Positions 38,959-48,182 of a stretch of DNA of 64,000 nt are shown in pieces. Every line of letters begins with the position of its first letter. Position 1 is the stretch's first letter. The position numbers and the translations under genes were made by a program. This DNA is from Bacteroidales bacterium (GTDB lineage Bacteria; Bacteroidota; Bacteroidia; Bacteroidales; VadinHA17): NCBI GenBank assembly GCA_021738535.1, contig JAIPBU010000012.1:7095-71094 (forward strand). Direction: 5' to 3'. The notes beneath the pieces were generated by a model that saw only the letters and a program-made list of their open reading frames with translations, did not search any database and was not told where the DNA came from.

Positions 38959-39327
38959 ATGAAAAAACAACTATTAACACTTGCAGTTCTCTTAACAGTA
39001 ACTGCATCCGCTGCTTTCGGTCAGTGTGAAACCGATAAGAAAAAAGAGGATAATAAATTGTATGTTGCAGGTGAATGCGGTATGTGCGAGGCACGTATTG
39101 AAAAAGCTGCAAAATCAGTTGAAGGCGTTACCATGGCCGACTGGGACAAAGAAACAAAGATGCTTGCTGTAAACTTCAGCTGTGCAAATCCTGATGTAAA
39201 GTCAGTTCATAAAGCTGTAGCGGCTGTTGGACACGACACAAAGGAAGTTAAGGCAGATGATAAAGTATACAGTGAACTGCCCGGATGCTGCAAATATGAG
39301 CGTATTAAGATTGCAGAAAAACAGTAA
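38959..39327 (+). CDS. Secreted heavy-metal-associated (HMA) domain protein
   Basis: Signal peptide, a CxxC metal site in GECGMCEARIEKA with the ferredoxin-like HMA pattern, and a C-terminal PGCCKYE. Confidence 0.8.
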   Translation: MKKQLLTLAVLLTVTASAAFGQCETDKKKEDNKLYVAGECGMCEARIEKAAKSVEGVTMADWDKETKMLAVNFSCANPDVKSVHKAVAAVGHDTKEVKADDKVYSELPGCCKYERIKIAEKQ

Positions 39328-39364
39328 ATCATTTACTGACCGGGAAGGTCAGTTGAAAATTAAT

Positions 39365-39394
39365 GCGGGTAGGATTACTTACCCGTATTTTTTT
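39365..39394 (+). terminator. Intrinsic terminator after the HMA gene
   Basis: CGGGTA-N8-TACCCG followed by TATTTTTTT. It is preceded by a second hairpin, CTGACC-GGGAA-GGTCAG, at 39336-39352. Confidence 0.7.
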
Positions 39395-39426
39395 GTAAAT
39401 TTCAGAATTATCAACAACCGGCAACT

Positions 39427-40035
39427 ATGATCGAAGAAGTTTTTGGAAAGGAATTATCGGATGAAATACTTAATTTCCCCATAGCAGAGATACCAGCTGA
39501 AAGTGTTATTCTGCGTGAGGGTGCATATATTAAAGAGATCCCGATTGTAACAAAAGGATCTGTGAAAGTCCGTAAGATTGATCCTGGAGGAAAAGAAATT
39601 ACACTGTACAGGATAAGTCCGGGTGAGAGCTGCATACTCTCTATAACCTCTTGCCTGAATAATAAGCCAAGTAATGCCGAAGCTGTTATTGAAGAGCCTT
39701 CACAAATCATACTTATTCCTTCAGAAAAAGTCAGAGAGTGGATGGATAAACACAGTCTCTGGAGGAAATTTGTCATGAAATTATATTATGACAGGCTTGA
39801 ACAGGTATTGCAGCTGGTTGATGCAATAGCTTTTAAACAGGTTGATAGACGCGTTACAGAAAGGCTGAAGAAACTCCGTGAAACACATGGAGACAATATA
39901 AAGATAACTCACCAGGAACTTGCCAATGACATAGGAACCGCAAGAGAAGTGGTATCCAGGCTGCTTAAGAACCTGGAAGCATCGGGGGTAATAAGGCTGG
40001 AAAGGGGCAAAATTAAAATTATCCAGGCTTTGTGA
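39427..40035 (+). CDS. Crp/Fnr-family transcriptional regulator
   Basis: cNMP-binding-like beta-roll (G..I.EIPIV.KGSVKV) and a C-terminal HTH, THQELANDIGTAREVVSRLLKNLE. Confidence 0.85.
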   Translation: MIEEVFGKELSDEILNFPIAEIPAESVILREGAYIKEIPIVTKGSVKVRKIDPGGKEITLYRISPGESCILSITSCLNNKPSNAEAVIEEPSQIILIPSEKVREWMDKHSLWRKFVMKLYYDRLEQVLQLVDAIAFKQVDRRVTERLKKLRETHGDNIKITHQELANDIGTAREVVSRLLKNLEASGVIRLERGKIKIIQAL

Positions 40036-40104
40036 CCCTGGTTACATAATAAAAGACGTCTGTGTCCTATATTTGCCTAGTAATAATCAATAAATCATGT
40101 ACAA

Positions 40105-40290
40105 ATGAAAGCGAATATAGGAAAAATCGATCGTGCTATCAGAATAATTCTTGGCCTTCTTATAGGATTGGCAGGTTTATACTTTGAAAGCTGGCTTGGC
40201 CTGCTGGGCTTAATCCCTCTTTTGACGGCTTTTATAAGATGGTGTCCTCTGTATCTGTCTTTAGGTATCAGGACAAATAGAAAGAATTAA
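40105..40290 (+). CDS. DUF2892 (YgaP-like) small membrane protein
   Basis: IDRAIRIILGL...RWCPLY pattern with two TM segments. Confidence 0.7.
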   Translation: MKANIGKIDRAIRIILGLLIGLAGLYFESWLGLLGLIPLLTAFIRWCPLYLSLGIRTNRKN

Positions 40291-40310
40291 TCACTTTAAA
40301 ATCTATTAAT

Positions 40311-40781
40311 ATGAAAAATATATTAAGAATTAGCTTGATCCTTGCAGTAATACTATTTTCAGTATCCTGCAATAAGTCAGAGACATACCCCCAGGGTGGA
40401 GATGTTGATGATGCTCAAGTAAATCTACAGAAAAATTGGGTTTTAAATACTTACTTCCGTAATGATGTAAACGAAACAGAGCAGCTTATTATATCCTCCT
40501 ACTCAGAAGAATATACGGCCGATGGTGTTTACAGCAGATCTTACATTAAGGCTGACGCGAGTGAGGTATCGGAGGACGGAGCATATAGTTTCTCAGATAA
40601 CATGCATGAACTGAGAATATCTGATGTAAGCAGTATATCTGACTTTTCAGAAAACAATTCCACACTCTCATCTTCTGCTTACAAGATTTTGAAACTCACC
40701 GAATCTGAATTATGGTATTCTTATTTAAATGGAGGTGATAAACACGAGTTCAGGTTCTCAATAAACGGAGAGATAAAATAG
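40311..40781 (+). CDS. Hypothetical lipoprotein
   Basis: Lipobox LFSVSC. No recognisable family. Confidence 0.5.
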   Translation: MKNILRISLILAVILFSVSCNKSETYPQGGDVDDAQVNLQKNWVLNTYFRNDVNETEQLIISSYSEEYTADGVYSRSYIKADASEVSEDGAYSFSDNMHELRISDVSSISDFSENNSTLSSSAYKILKLTESELWYSYLNGGDKHEFRFSINGEIK

Positions 40782-40795
40782 TGTAATAATTAAAT

Positions 40796-40827
40796 AAAGG
40801 GCTTTCGTTTTAATAAGAAAGCCCTTT
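40796..40827. terminator. Bidirectional hairpin terminator between convergent genes
   Basis: AAAGGGCTTTC-N10-GAAAGCCCTTT, flanked by A-run and T-run. It overlaps the last codons of the minus-strand gene. Confidence 0.6.
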
Positions 40828-41406
40828 ATTTTTCTTTAGAACACTAATAGAGTTTATTAATTCCGTAATTCTAATAATATCCTCAGTAATTGCATGCACT
40901 GATATGGTTGCACCTGAGATTGCATCAATATTCTTATTTACCCTCATTTCATTGCTGCCATTATAGCCGGAAAATTGCTTAAGCCAGCCCCTGGATGATA
41001 TTTCATACCCGTGAGTTGCCTGGTAATTATAGACTTTGACCATGACAAGCTCCTTGAGCTTATTATAAATAATAAAATAATCGAAATATTCAGTTGATGC
41101 ACTCTCTTTACCTGTTCTGTCTGTATTAGCTATTGAACACCCACCGGCATGACATGTAAAAACCCTTCCGATATACAGGTACCCGGTTTTATTATCAGGG
41201 TTTTCAATCATGAAAAACTTTCCATTGGAATGTATTTCAGAATTTATTTTATTCATTCTTATTTCTTTCAGGTTATCCGGCTCGCCTAAATCGGCCTTTC
41301 TAAGGGCGCGGATTAGTGTCTTAGACCTGTAGTCAGGATAAGACTGACCTGATAATTGATCTGTAAAGACGAATAGTACAACAAAAAGCAGCAATAATGA
41401 TTTCAT
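40810..41406 (-). CDS. Secreted FMN_bind-domain protein
   Basis: Signal peptide from ATG 41406; the track ORF extends upstream into the porin gene. The C-terminal NIDAISGATISVHAI matches the FMN_bind (S/T)GAT flavinylation-type motif. Confidence 0.65.
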   Translation of the reverse strand: MKSLLLLFVVLFVFTDQLSGQSYPDYRSKTLIRALRKADLGEPDNLKEIRMNKINSEIHSNGKFFMIENPDNKTGYLYIGRVFTCHAGGCSIANTDRTGKESASTEYFDYFIIYNKLKELVMVKVYNYQATHGYEISSRGWLKQFSGYNGSNEMRVNKNIDAISGATISVHAITEDIIRITELINSISVLKKNKGLSY

Positions 41407-41416
41407 TTTTTTCTTT

Positions 41417-42622
41417 TTAAAACATAATGCCAAAACCTGCATTAAGCGTAGCCATATACTTGTCATGGCTACCATTTTTTACCAGCTGAATATCAGTCTT
41501 TATTACAGCACCTTTCTCAAGGAAGAGAGACAGTCCTGTAGTAATAACCGTATTATGATATTCAGGATTTCTTTGTAAATCACCGGCAACACTTTTATGA
41601 GTATCATATGATGAGTACCTAATAAAAGGTATCAGCTGCATTGTAGTTTCAGCCTGCCTGAGTACATTGTATCCGAGGTCGATATAAAACCCTGCCATTG
41701 AGCTTCCCAGGTCACCTCCGTCTTTGTCTGCGGTAAACTGGTTGTACTGGTTGGTATTACTGAGTTTTGTGTAATATAACTGAGCCTTTACCTGTAATCC
41801 CTGGTAACTGTATCGGGCATCAGCTCCCAGCATGCTTATATTAACCACAGAAGAATCAGCAATTGCCATGGCAACTTCATCGTCTTTTCTTATACCGTCA
41901 TACAGATTGCTCTGGGTTTTGCCATAATAAGCTGACAGACCAAGGTTGAGCCGCCTGAGGCCAAAATACTCGATCCTCCCACTCAGGTTGGGTGAGCTGA
42001 TAAATGATTCTGCCGCTTTCTGCCTGCCACCTCTGAGCCCACTTGAACCACCTATCCGGGCCTGGTTATCAAAACTTTTGAAACCATTCATAAGGTAAGC
42101 CTGGTATTTAACAGAAACGGGAAGAATAATACCACTTACGCCTATCCCGATTTCTCTCCATGTAGAAGGCACAATATATTTATCAAGCAGAGGTCTTTCA
42201 ACACCGTTGAAATTCGTTGGTTCATGGTACTCGTTTGTCAGTCCCATAGGTGTTAATAGTAATCCGCCCCTTATGTTGGCATAATTGTTAAGCTTGTATT
42301 GGATAAAGGCCTGTTCCACATATACTTCTTTAACATGCTCAAACTCCAGCTCAGTAATAAACTGGGTTCTGTTGTTAAACTGATATCCCAGCATCATAAT
42401 GAACCGGTGAACATCCAGTTTACCATTGTAGCGGGTATCCTTATTAATACTTTGATTATAGTGTACTCCTCCGTAACCGCCTATTTTCAGGTTACCATCT
42501 GTCAGCAGTAATCTTTCGGCACTGTTAAAGTAGAGATTGCCAGGTATACTGTCAGCTTCCTGAGCTGTGGCAGTTATTGCAGCAGCGAAGAAAATTATGC
42601 TGATTGTTATTCTTTTTATCAT
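41417..42622 (-). CDS. Outer-membrane porin-like beta-barrel protein
   Basis: Signal peptide ending TATAQE. It is strand-rich with Gly/Tyr and has a C-terminal aromatic residue (GFGIMF). Confidence 0.55.
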   Translation of the reverse strand: MIKRITISIIFFAAAITATAQEADSIPGNLYFNSAERLLLTDGNLKIGGYGGVHYNQSINKDTRYNGKLDVHRFIMMLGYQFNNRTQFITELEFEHVKEVYVEQAFIQYKLNNYANIRGGLLLTPMGLTNEYHEPTNFNGVERPLLDKYIVPSTWREIGIGVSGIILPVSVKYQAYLMNGFKSFDNQARIGGSSGLRGGRQKAAESFISSPNLSGRIEYFGLRRLNLGLSAYYGKTQSNLYDGIRKDDEVAMAIADSSVVNISMLGADARYSYQGLQVKAQLYYTKLSNTNQYNQFTADKDGGDLGSSMAGFYIDLGYNVLRQAETTMQLIPFIRYSSYDTHKSVAGDLQRNPEYHNTVITTGLSLFLEKGAVIKTDIQLVKNGSHDKYMATLNAGFGIMF

Positions 42623-42768
42623 AAGTTTGAGTTTTTGTATTTGTTATTAATGTTTATCAGCAGTAAAAATAGGGGGATAGGTTTGTGTCTGCAATCACGT
42701 GAAATGGTGGTTTTATATTTATATATCCCAACAGAAGGGGGGTCAGAATCTCTTTCAACCTGAACAAG

Positions 42769-45204
42769 TCAGGAAAAATTCAATAAAAGTGAATGGACCT
42801 GGTTGATAATGAAAACAGTTACCCAGGCAAAAACGAGGGGGTATACAGCAGAAAATATTGTCCATTTATATTTTGCGGTTTCTTTTTTAATGGCCAGCAG
42901 GGCACCCATGCAGGGAAAATAAAGGAGTACAAAAACAAGGAACCCGAAATAGCTTATAAGAGGTGTTTCACTGGCAATACGCGAATTTCTGAGTTTCTCC
43001 ACCAGTGTAATACCATCTTCTCCGGAGCTTGCTCCTGCCTGGTAAAGAATACCCATGGAGCTGACAACAACTTCCTTCGCCATAATGCCTGTAAGTATGC
43101 TTACTGACATCCTCCAGTCAAAACCAAGTGGTTCAAATACCGGCTGCACCGCTTTGCCAATTCGACTGATATATGACTGCTCAAGCATTGCCGAGGCCTT
43201 CATTGATTCATATCTTTCCGCATCGGGGGGATTCCCGCTTATCAGATTGTCATATTTATTTATGATCTCCCTGTCGCGTGGGAAGTAACCAAGAGCCCAT
43301 ATTACTATTGATGCAAAAAGAATAATGGTTCCCATCTTTTTAAGGAAGTGTGATGTCTTGAACCAGGTATGCTTAAATACTGACCGCATTGTTGGTACAC
43401 GATAGGGTGGAAGCTCCATTACAAAAGGAGATTCGGTTTTACGAAATATGGTTTTATTAAGAACCAGGGCTGTAAGGAGCGCTGCCAGAATACCTATTGC
43501 ATATATTGCAAACAACATTAATGATTCGTAGTGCGGGAAAAAAGCACTGATAAAGAGAACATAAACAGGGAGTCTTGCACTGCACGACATAAAAGGGGTA
43601 ATAAACATGGTGATGAGCCTGTCCCTTTTGCTGTCTATTGTTCTTGTAGCCATAATGGCCGGTACGTTGCAGCCAAATCCCATCAGCAGGGGTATAAATG
43701 ATTTGCCATGCAGCCCCGCCCTGTGCATTACCTTATCCATCAGGAAAGCAGTGCGTGCCATATAGCCTGAGTCCTCCAGCAGTGAAATAAAGGCAAAAAG
43801 GATCATTATATTTGGCAGGAATACCATTACCCCACCTACACCGCCTATTACACCGTCAGACAACAGCCTGCCGGCAATGCCCTGGCCAGGGCTTGCTGAT
43901 ATTGCCCCGCCAAGCCATCGGAAAAGACTCTCTATCCAGCCCATCGGTATTTCACCAAGCCTGAATGTGGAAAAGAAAATAAACCATATTATCCCGAAAA
44001 ACACCGGTAAACCCCATATCTTATGGGTAAGCACCCGGTCAATGCTTTGTGAAATGCTGATAGTTTGTTTCCTGGCTGGTATATAAGTCTCTGCCAGGGC
44101 CCCTTCAATAAAAGCATATCTCATGTTAACTATCTGGTTGCTGATATTGTTCTTAATCAGCGACTCAACATTCTTCCTCCTGGTGGCAGCAAAGTCTTTT
44201 ACCCTCTTCATGATTGTGGCCGGTATTTGAGGTAAGGCAGATGTGTCATCCTCCAGAAACCGTATTGCAGTCAACCTGCTGATATTGTTTTCCAATTCCC
44301 CGCTCTCAGCTGTCATGGAAATGACCTTTTCTATGGAATCATCTATCTCCTGACCGTAATTAAGCCTCGCCTGCCTGACCCTTTCATCTCTTCCCTCATA
44401 TACCTTTATGATGGTACTGAAAAGGTCTTTCAGCCCTACGCCTCTTGATCCCACGGTGGGGACGATGGGTATGCCAAGCATTTTTCCAAGAACTTCATGA
44501 TCCAGTCTCCCCTTGCTTTTTTCCAGTTCATCATACATGTTAAGGGCGGCAACAGTAATGATACCGCTATCTATAAGCTGCGTTGTCAGAAAAAGATTTC
44601 TTTCAAGGTTACCGGCATCAATAACATTCAGGACAATGTCAGGTTTGTTGTAAAGCAGGTAGTCAGTAACAAACATCTCTTCAGGTGAGTATGCCTTTAA
44701 TGAATAAGTGCCCGGAAGGTCTATAAGATTTATACGGTAATTGTCTATGTCTAGCCTGGCTTCTCGCGCGGCAACAGTAACCCCGGCGTAGTTGGCTACC
44801 CTTTCCCTTGACCGTGTGGCGTAGTTATATATTGTTGTTTTTCCACAATTTGGATTACCTATAAGAGCAACATTAATGGTACGTGACCGACCATGACGAG
44901 GTCTTGTTCTTCTCATCCTGTTTTTTTGGCCATGACCATGCTGATGGCGGAAACCGTTGTGTGCTTCCTTAACTGTCTTATCAGTCCTGGCAATATTTAT
45001 TGCTGCAGCATCTGCTTTGCGGATGGTAACTTTATATCCCATGATCTCATACTCAACAGGATCTCTGAGAGGAGCAGCTTTTATTGCCTTTACTTTCTGA
45101 CCTCTAATAAAACCAAGTTCATTTAGCCTGTCCTTTATACCGCCGTTACCGGAAATACCGGTAATAAATGCTTCCTGTCCTGTAATTAAGTCAGATAAAT
45201 TCAT
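42769..45204 (-). CDS. feoB: Ferrous iron transporter, FeoA-FeoB fusion
   Basis: The N-terminal FeoA SH3-like domain has ITGISG..RLNELGFIRGQKVK. A His/Arg-rich linker follows, then the G-domain P-loop GNPNCGKTT and DLPGTYSL, then the polytopic membrane domain. Confidence 0.95.
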   Translation of the reverse strand: MNLSDLITGQEAFITGISGNGGIKDRLNELGFIRGQKVKAIKAAPLRDPVEYEIMGYKVTIRKADAAAINIARTDKTVKEAHNGFRHQHGHGQKNRMRRTRPRHGRSRTINVALIGNPNCGKTTIYNYATRSRERVANYAGVTVAAREARLDIDNYRINLIDLPGTYSLKAYSPEEMFVTDYLLYNKPDIVLNVIDAGNLERNLFLTTQLIDSGIITVAALNMYDELEKSKGRLDHEVLGKMLGIPIVPTVGSRGVGLKDLFSTIIKVYEGRDERVRQARLNYGQEIDDSIEKVISMTAESGELENNISRLTAIRFLEDDTSALPQIPATIMKRVKDFAATRRKNVESLIKNNISNQIVNMRYAFIEGALAETYIPARKQTISISQSIDRVLTHKIWGLPVFFGIIWFIFFSTFRLGEIPMGWIESLFRWLGGAISASPGQGIAGRLLSDGVIGGVGGVMVFLPNIMILFAFISLLEDSGYMARTAFLMDKVMHRAGLHGKSFIPLLMGFGCNVPAIMATRTIDSKRDRLITMFITPFMSCSARLPVYVLFISAFFPHYESLMLFAIYAIGILAALLTALVLNKTIFRKTESPFVMELPPYRVPTMRSVFKHTWFKTSHFLKKMGTIILFASIVIWALGYFPRDREIINKYDNLISGNPPDAERYESMKASAMLEQSYISRIGKAVQPVFEPLGFDWRMSVSILTGIMAKEVVVSSMGILYQAGASSGEDGITLVEKLRNSRIASETPLISYFGFLVFVLLYFPCMGALLAIKKETAKYKWTIFSAVYPLVFAWVTVFIINQVHSLLLNFS

Positions 45205-45207
45205 TAC

Positions 45208-45243
45208 TTGTGAACCTTATGCGGTAAATATTGAGGTTCACAA
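45208..45243 (-). promoter_or_regulatory. 10-bp inverted repeat TTGTGAACCT-N16-AGGTTCACAA ending 4 nt upstream of the feoAB start codon
   Basis: Read directly. It could be a 5'-leader hairpin or an operator. Confidence 0.4.
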
Positions 45244-45329
45244 AACTACTGATACATATTATAGCAGGGAATAGCTTATAGTTGGGGTTTTTTAGCCTGA
45301 TCTCATAATAATAGGGGATGATAATGAAA

Positions 45330-45914
45330 TCATTTTTCACTTAAAGGTATCAGCTTGTTTGAGATCGCATAAATTGTTAAGCCCGGGAGGCTTTTAATAC
45401 CCGTTTTTTCAGAAATATTCTTGCGGTGACTGATAACCGTATGTATGCTTATATTAAGTTTATCTGCTATTTCCTTGTTTGACAGTCCTCCAACGAGCTG
45501 TATTAATATATCATTCTCCCTGTCGCTCAATTTGCTGCGGCTAAGTTCTTTCTTATTATTTTGGGAATGATCAATTTTATTTCTCAGGACATCGGATGTA
45601 TCGGTAATCGAAATTGATGAGTCAAACTCGTTAAGCAGCCTGTTATCAGTTAAAGAATACAGCAGGGCGATAAAATAAATAGCGGGATGACTATTCCTGA
45701 ATTTTCGCATTTGGTTTACCCTGTTAATAATATTCTCCGGGTTAAGTACTACAATATTTATTTCAGCTTTGACCGTCAGTATATCGAGCTCCTCAATATC
45801 ATCGATCCTGTACAGGAAATAGCGTTCACTTTGCCTGTGCAACAGGTTACTTATTCCTTCATAGATAATGTCAGGGTGACCGATCAGGGCTATGTTTATC
45901 CTTTCCTTTTTCAT
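45330..45914 (-). CDS. LuxR-family regulator with a degenerate (pseudo-)receiver domain
   Basis: The LuxR HTH is LSDRENDILIQLVGGLSNKEIADKLNISIHTVISHRKNI. In the receiver-like N-terminus IALIGHPD replaces the DD pocket, and IVVLNPEN places Asn where the phospho-Asp is expected. Confidence 0.75.
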   Translation of the reverse strand: MKKERINIALIGHPDIIYEGISNLLHRQSERYFLYRIDDIEELDILTVKAEINIVVLNPENIINRVNQMRKFRNSHPAIYFIALLYSLTDNRLLNEFDSSISITDTSDVLRNKIDHSQNNKKELSRSKLSDRENDILIQLVGGLSNKEIADKLNISIHTVISHRKNISEKTGIKSLPGLTIYAISNKLIPLSEK

Positions 45915-46618
45915 TTGCCCTGATTTTCAATTCTCTGAACCAGTGGAAGCAGTATTTCTTCTTCTATACGAGAATGGATATTGAGGTCATATTCAAGTTC
46001 GAAAAGGCTTAGCAGAAGTCGTCTCCTCAATGGTAAGTCATTTTCAATTGAAATATGCTTAAGCAGGAGGTTTTTAAGGTCTGTTAGCTTGGTTTCTATA
46101 TCGGTATGATGATCGCGGTATTCGTTTGCAGAGAAATTCTCTGTTTCAGATTTTGTTTTATCTCTGCTTAAACGGCAAAAATAAGGGAAGGCTGTGTCAT
46201 CCTCATAGTCAAGGTGATCTAATACCTCTATGAAATAATCGTTGAAAAATTTGCTAATAAGGTCAATATCCTGAGAAGGATGCCTTTTTTCAAGGTCAGA
46301 GATATATTTCTGTATCTCAGGGTACTTGTCATTTTTATAATAATTATGACTGTTTTTCAGAAACGTTATTAACAGGGATATGTCATTAACATGTTCCAGC
46401 TCGCCCTTTGCAGGGTAGAACCCATTATAAATGTTTGCTATTAGCAGAACCACATTTAAATCCAGTTTATGGTCCCGGCAGATCTCATCGACAGTTTTAT
46501 CTTTTACCACAAAATCAATCTTAAGGTGTTCCAGGAATAACAATAGCATCGGGTTTTCATCTATAAGACCCTGCAGTTTAACATCCTTCTTTATATGTGT
46601 TTTATGCGTTTGGTACAT
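45911..46618 (-). CDS. Hemerythrin-like (HHE cation-binding, RIC-like) protein
   Basis: Two H-x2-3-E(E/D)-x2-(F/L)(F/L)P boxes: DHLDYEDDTAFPYF and HSRIEEEILLPLV. It has an ATGA overlap with the downstream LuxR gene. Confidence 0.6.
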   Translation of the reverse strand: MYQTHKTHIKKDVKLQGLIDENPMLLLFLEHLKIDFVVKDKTVDEICRDHKLDLNVVLLIANIYNGFYPAKGELEHVNDISLLITFLKNSHNYYKNDKYPEIQKYISDLEKRHPSQDIDLISKFFNDYFIEVLDHLDYEDDTAFPYFCRLSRDKTKSETENFSANEYRDHHTDIETKLTDLKNLLLKHISIENDLPLRRRLLLSLFELEYDLNIHSRIEEEILLPLVQRIENQGK

Positions 46619-46675
46619 CAGGTTTTTTTTACAAAAATATATATTATTTTAGAACCGGATTAAAAGTTTGTATTT

Positions 46676-47059
46676 ATGGGTTCACTGGGGTTCTTTTCAA
46701 CCTTATTTATTTCATTGGCTCTTCTTTTTTATAGTCTTGGTGTATGGGCAGAAAGGATAGTAAAATATCTCAAAACATGGCATGTCGTTGTATTCTGGAT
46801 TGGTTTTACCTTCGATGTTACCGGCACTTTTCTTATGCATCTTATGGCAGATGGACCCTTTAACCTGCTGGAATCGCATACCCTCACCGGACAGATTGCA
46901 TTATGGCTGATGTTGGCTCATGCCAGCTGGGCAACGATTGTTATTTGGAAGAACAAGCAAGCACTCAGACTCAAATTTCACCGATATTCCCTGTTCGTAT
47001 GGCTGATCTGGTTAATCCCATATTTCGGGGGAATGGCTATGGCGATGGCGATGAAATAA
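46676..47059 (+). CDS. Small integral membrane protein (4 TM; HsmA/TIGR03987-like)
   Basis: 127 aa with four hydrophobic segments. The family assignment is from memory only. Confidence 0.5.
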   Translation: MGSLGFFSTLFISLALLFYSLGVWAERIVKYLKTWHVVVFWIGFTFDVTGTFLMHLMADGPFNLLESHTLTGQIALWLMLAHASWATIVIWKNKQALRLKFHRYSLFVWLIWLIPYFGGMAMAMAMK

Positions 47060-47084
47060 CCTTAACTCTATCTGTATTTACAAT

Positions 47085-48155
47085 CTAATTCCAGTTTTTT
47101 TTGAATCGAAGTGCAACATTAACCAGTGCAATCATTACCGGCACTTCCACCAGGGGCCCTATAACGGCTGCAAAGGCCTCGCCCGAGTTCATGCCGAAAA
47201 TGGCAATGGCAACTGCTATGGCAAGTTCAAAGTTATTACTGGCGGCAGTGAATGACAGTGTTGTCGTCTGCTCATAATTGGCTCCAATTTTCTTGCTCAT
47301 AAAAAATGAAAGGAAGAACATAACCACAAAATAAATAAGCAATGGAATGGCTATTAGAACAACATCCATTGGAATCATGATTATGTATTCACCTTTTAAT
47401 GAGAACATTACGATAATTGTAAAAAGCAGAGCTACAAGAGTGAGAGGGCTTATCTTAGGAATAAACCTGGTATGATACCATTCCTTGCTTTTTACCCTGA
47501 TAAGTATAAAACGGGTTAGGAACCCGGCAATAAAGGGTATGCCCAGGTAAATAAACACACTTTCAGCTATCTGGCCTATGGTTATATTTTCAACTGCTTC
47601 ATTGGTGGGTACACCAAACCAACCAGGGAGTATGGCAATAAAGACATATGCATATACCGAGAAGAACAATACCTGGAAAATAGAATTGAAAGCTACCAGG
47701 CCTGCACCATACTGAGTGTCACCCTTAGCCAGGTCGTTCCACACTATCACCATAGCTATGCACCTTGCAAGACCAATCATTATTATCCCGTACATATAGG
47801 GCAGGTTGGCATTGTCTTCACCAGGGAAAAGCTTGAAAAATAGTATGCCCAGTGCAAACATGAGTACCGGGCCTATAATCCAGTTCTGTATCAGTGACAG
47901 TGTAAGCACTTTATAGTTTCTGAACACATCTCCCAGTTCCTCGTACCTGACTTTGGCCAGAGGAGGGTACATCATGAGTATTAACCCTATTGCTATAGGC
48001 AGATTGGTTGTACTATCGGGACTCGATTTAAGCGATTCCCAGAATTCAGCAATTGCAGGGAAGAAATAGCCGGACAACACGCCTAAGGCCATGGCCAGGA
48101 ATATCCATAATGTAAGGTAACGGTCTAAAAATTTAAGTCTTGGTTTTGATGGCAT
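47085..48155 (-). CDS. acr3: Arsenite efflux transporter, ACR3 family
   Basis: [14 protein letters not shown]-terminus, about 10 TM segments, and position at the end of the ars operon. Confidence 0.9.
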   Translation of the reverse strand: MPSKPRLKFLDRYLTLWIFLAMALGVLSGYFFPAIAEFWESLKSSPDSTTNLPIAIGLILMMYPPLAKVRYEELGDVFRNYKVLTLSLIQNWIIGPVLMFALGILFFKLFPGEDNANLPYMYGIIMIGLARCIAMVIVWNDLAKGDTQYGAGLVAFNSIFQVLFFSVYAYVFIAILPGWFGVPTNEAVENITIGQIAESVFIYLGIPFIAGFLTRFILIRVKSKEWYHTRFIPKISPLTLVALLFTIIVMFSLKGEYIIMIPMDVVLIAIPLLIYFVVMFFLSFFMSKKIGANYEQTTTLSFTAASNNFELAIAVAIAIFGMNSGEAFAAVIGPLVEVPVMIALVNVALRFKKNWN

Positions 48156-48182
48156 TTTTTTAGTTTCGTTTATTGTTATACA

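Noticed and set aside
38367-38970. Two minus-strand ORFs (81 and 95 aa) with repeated NIHLSYSLPP(C/G)ETGAI.IYRLRRLL peptides
   Set aside because: They are read-through of the 74/75-bp tandem array. The 1-nt TAAG/TAAAG indel between units shifts the frame, so the repeat peptide changes to NIHLSYSYPRVKPGLLLF. The periodicity is therefore in the DNA, not in a protein.
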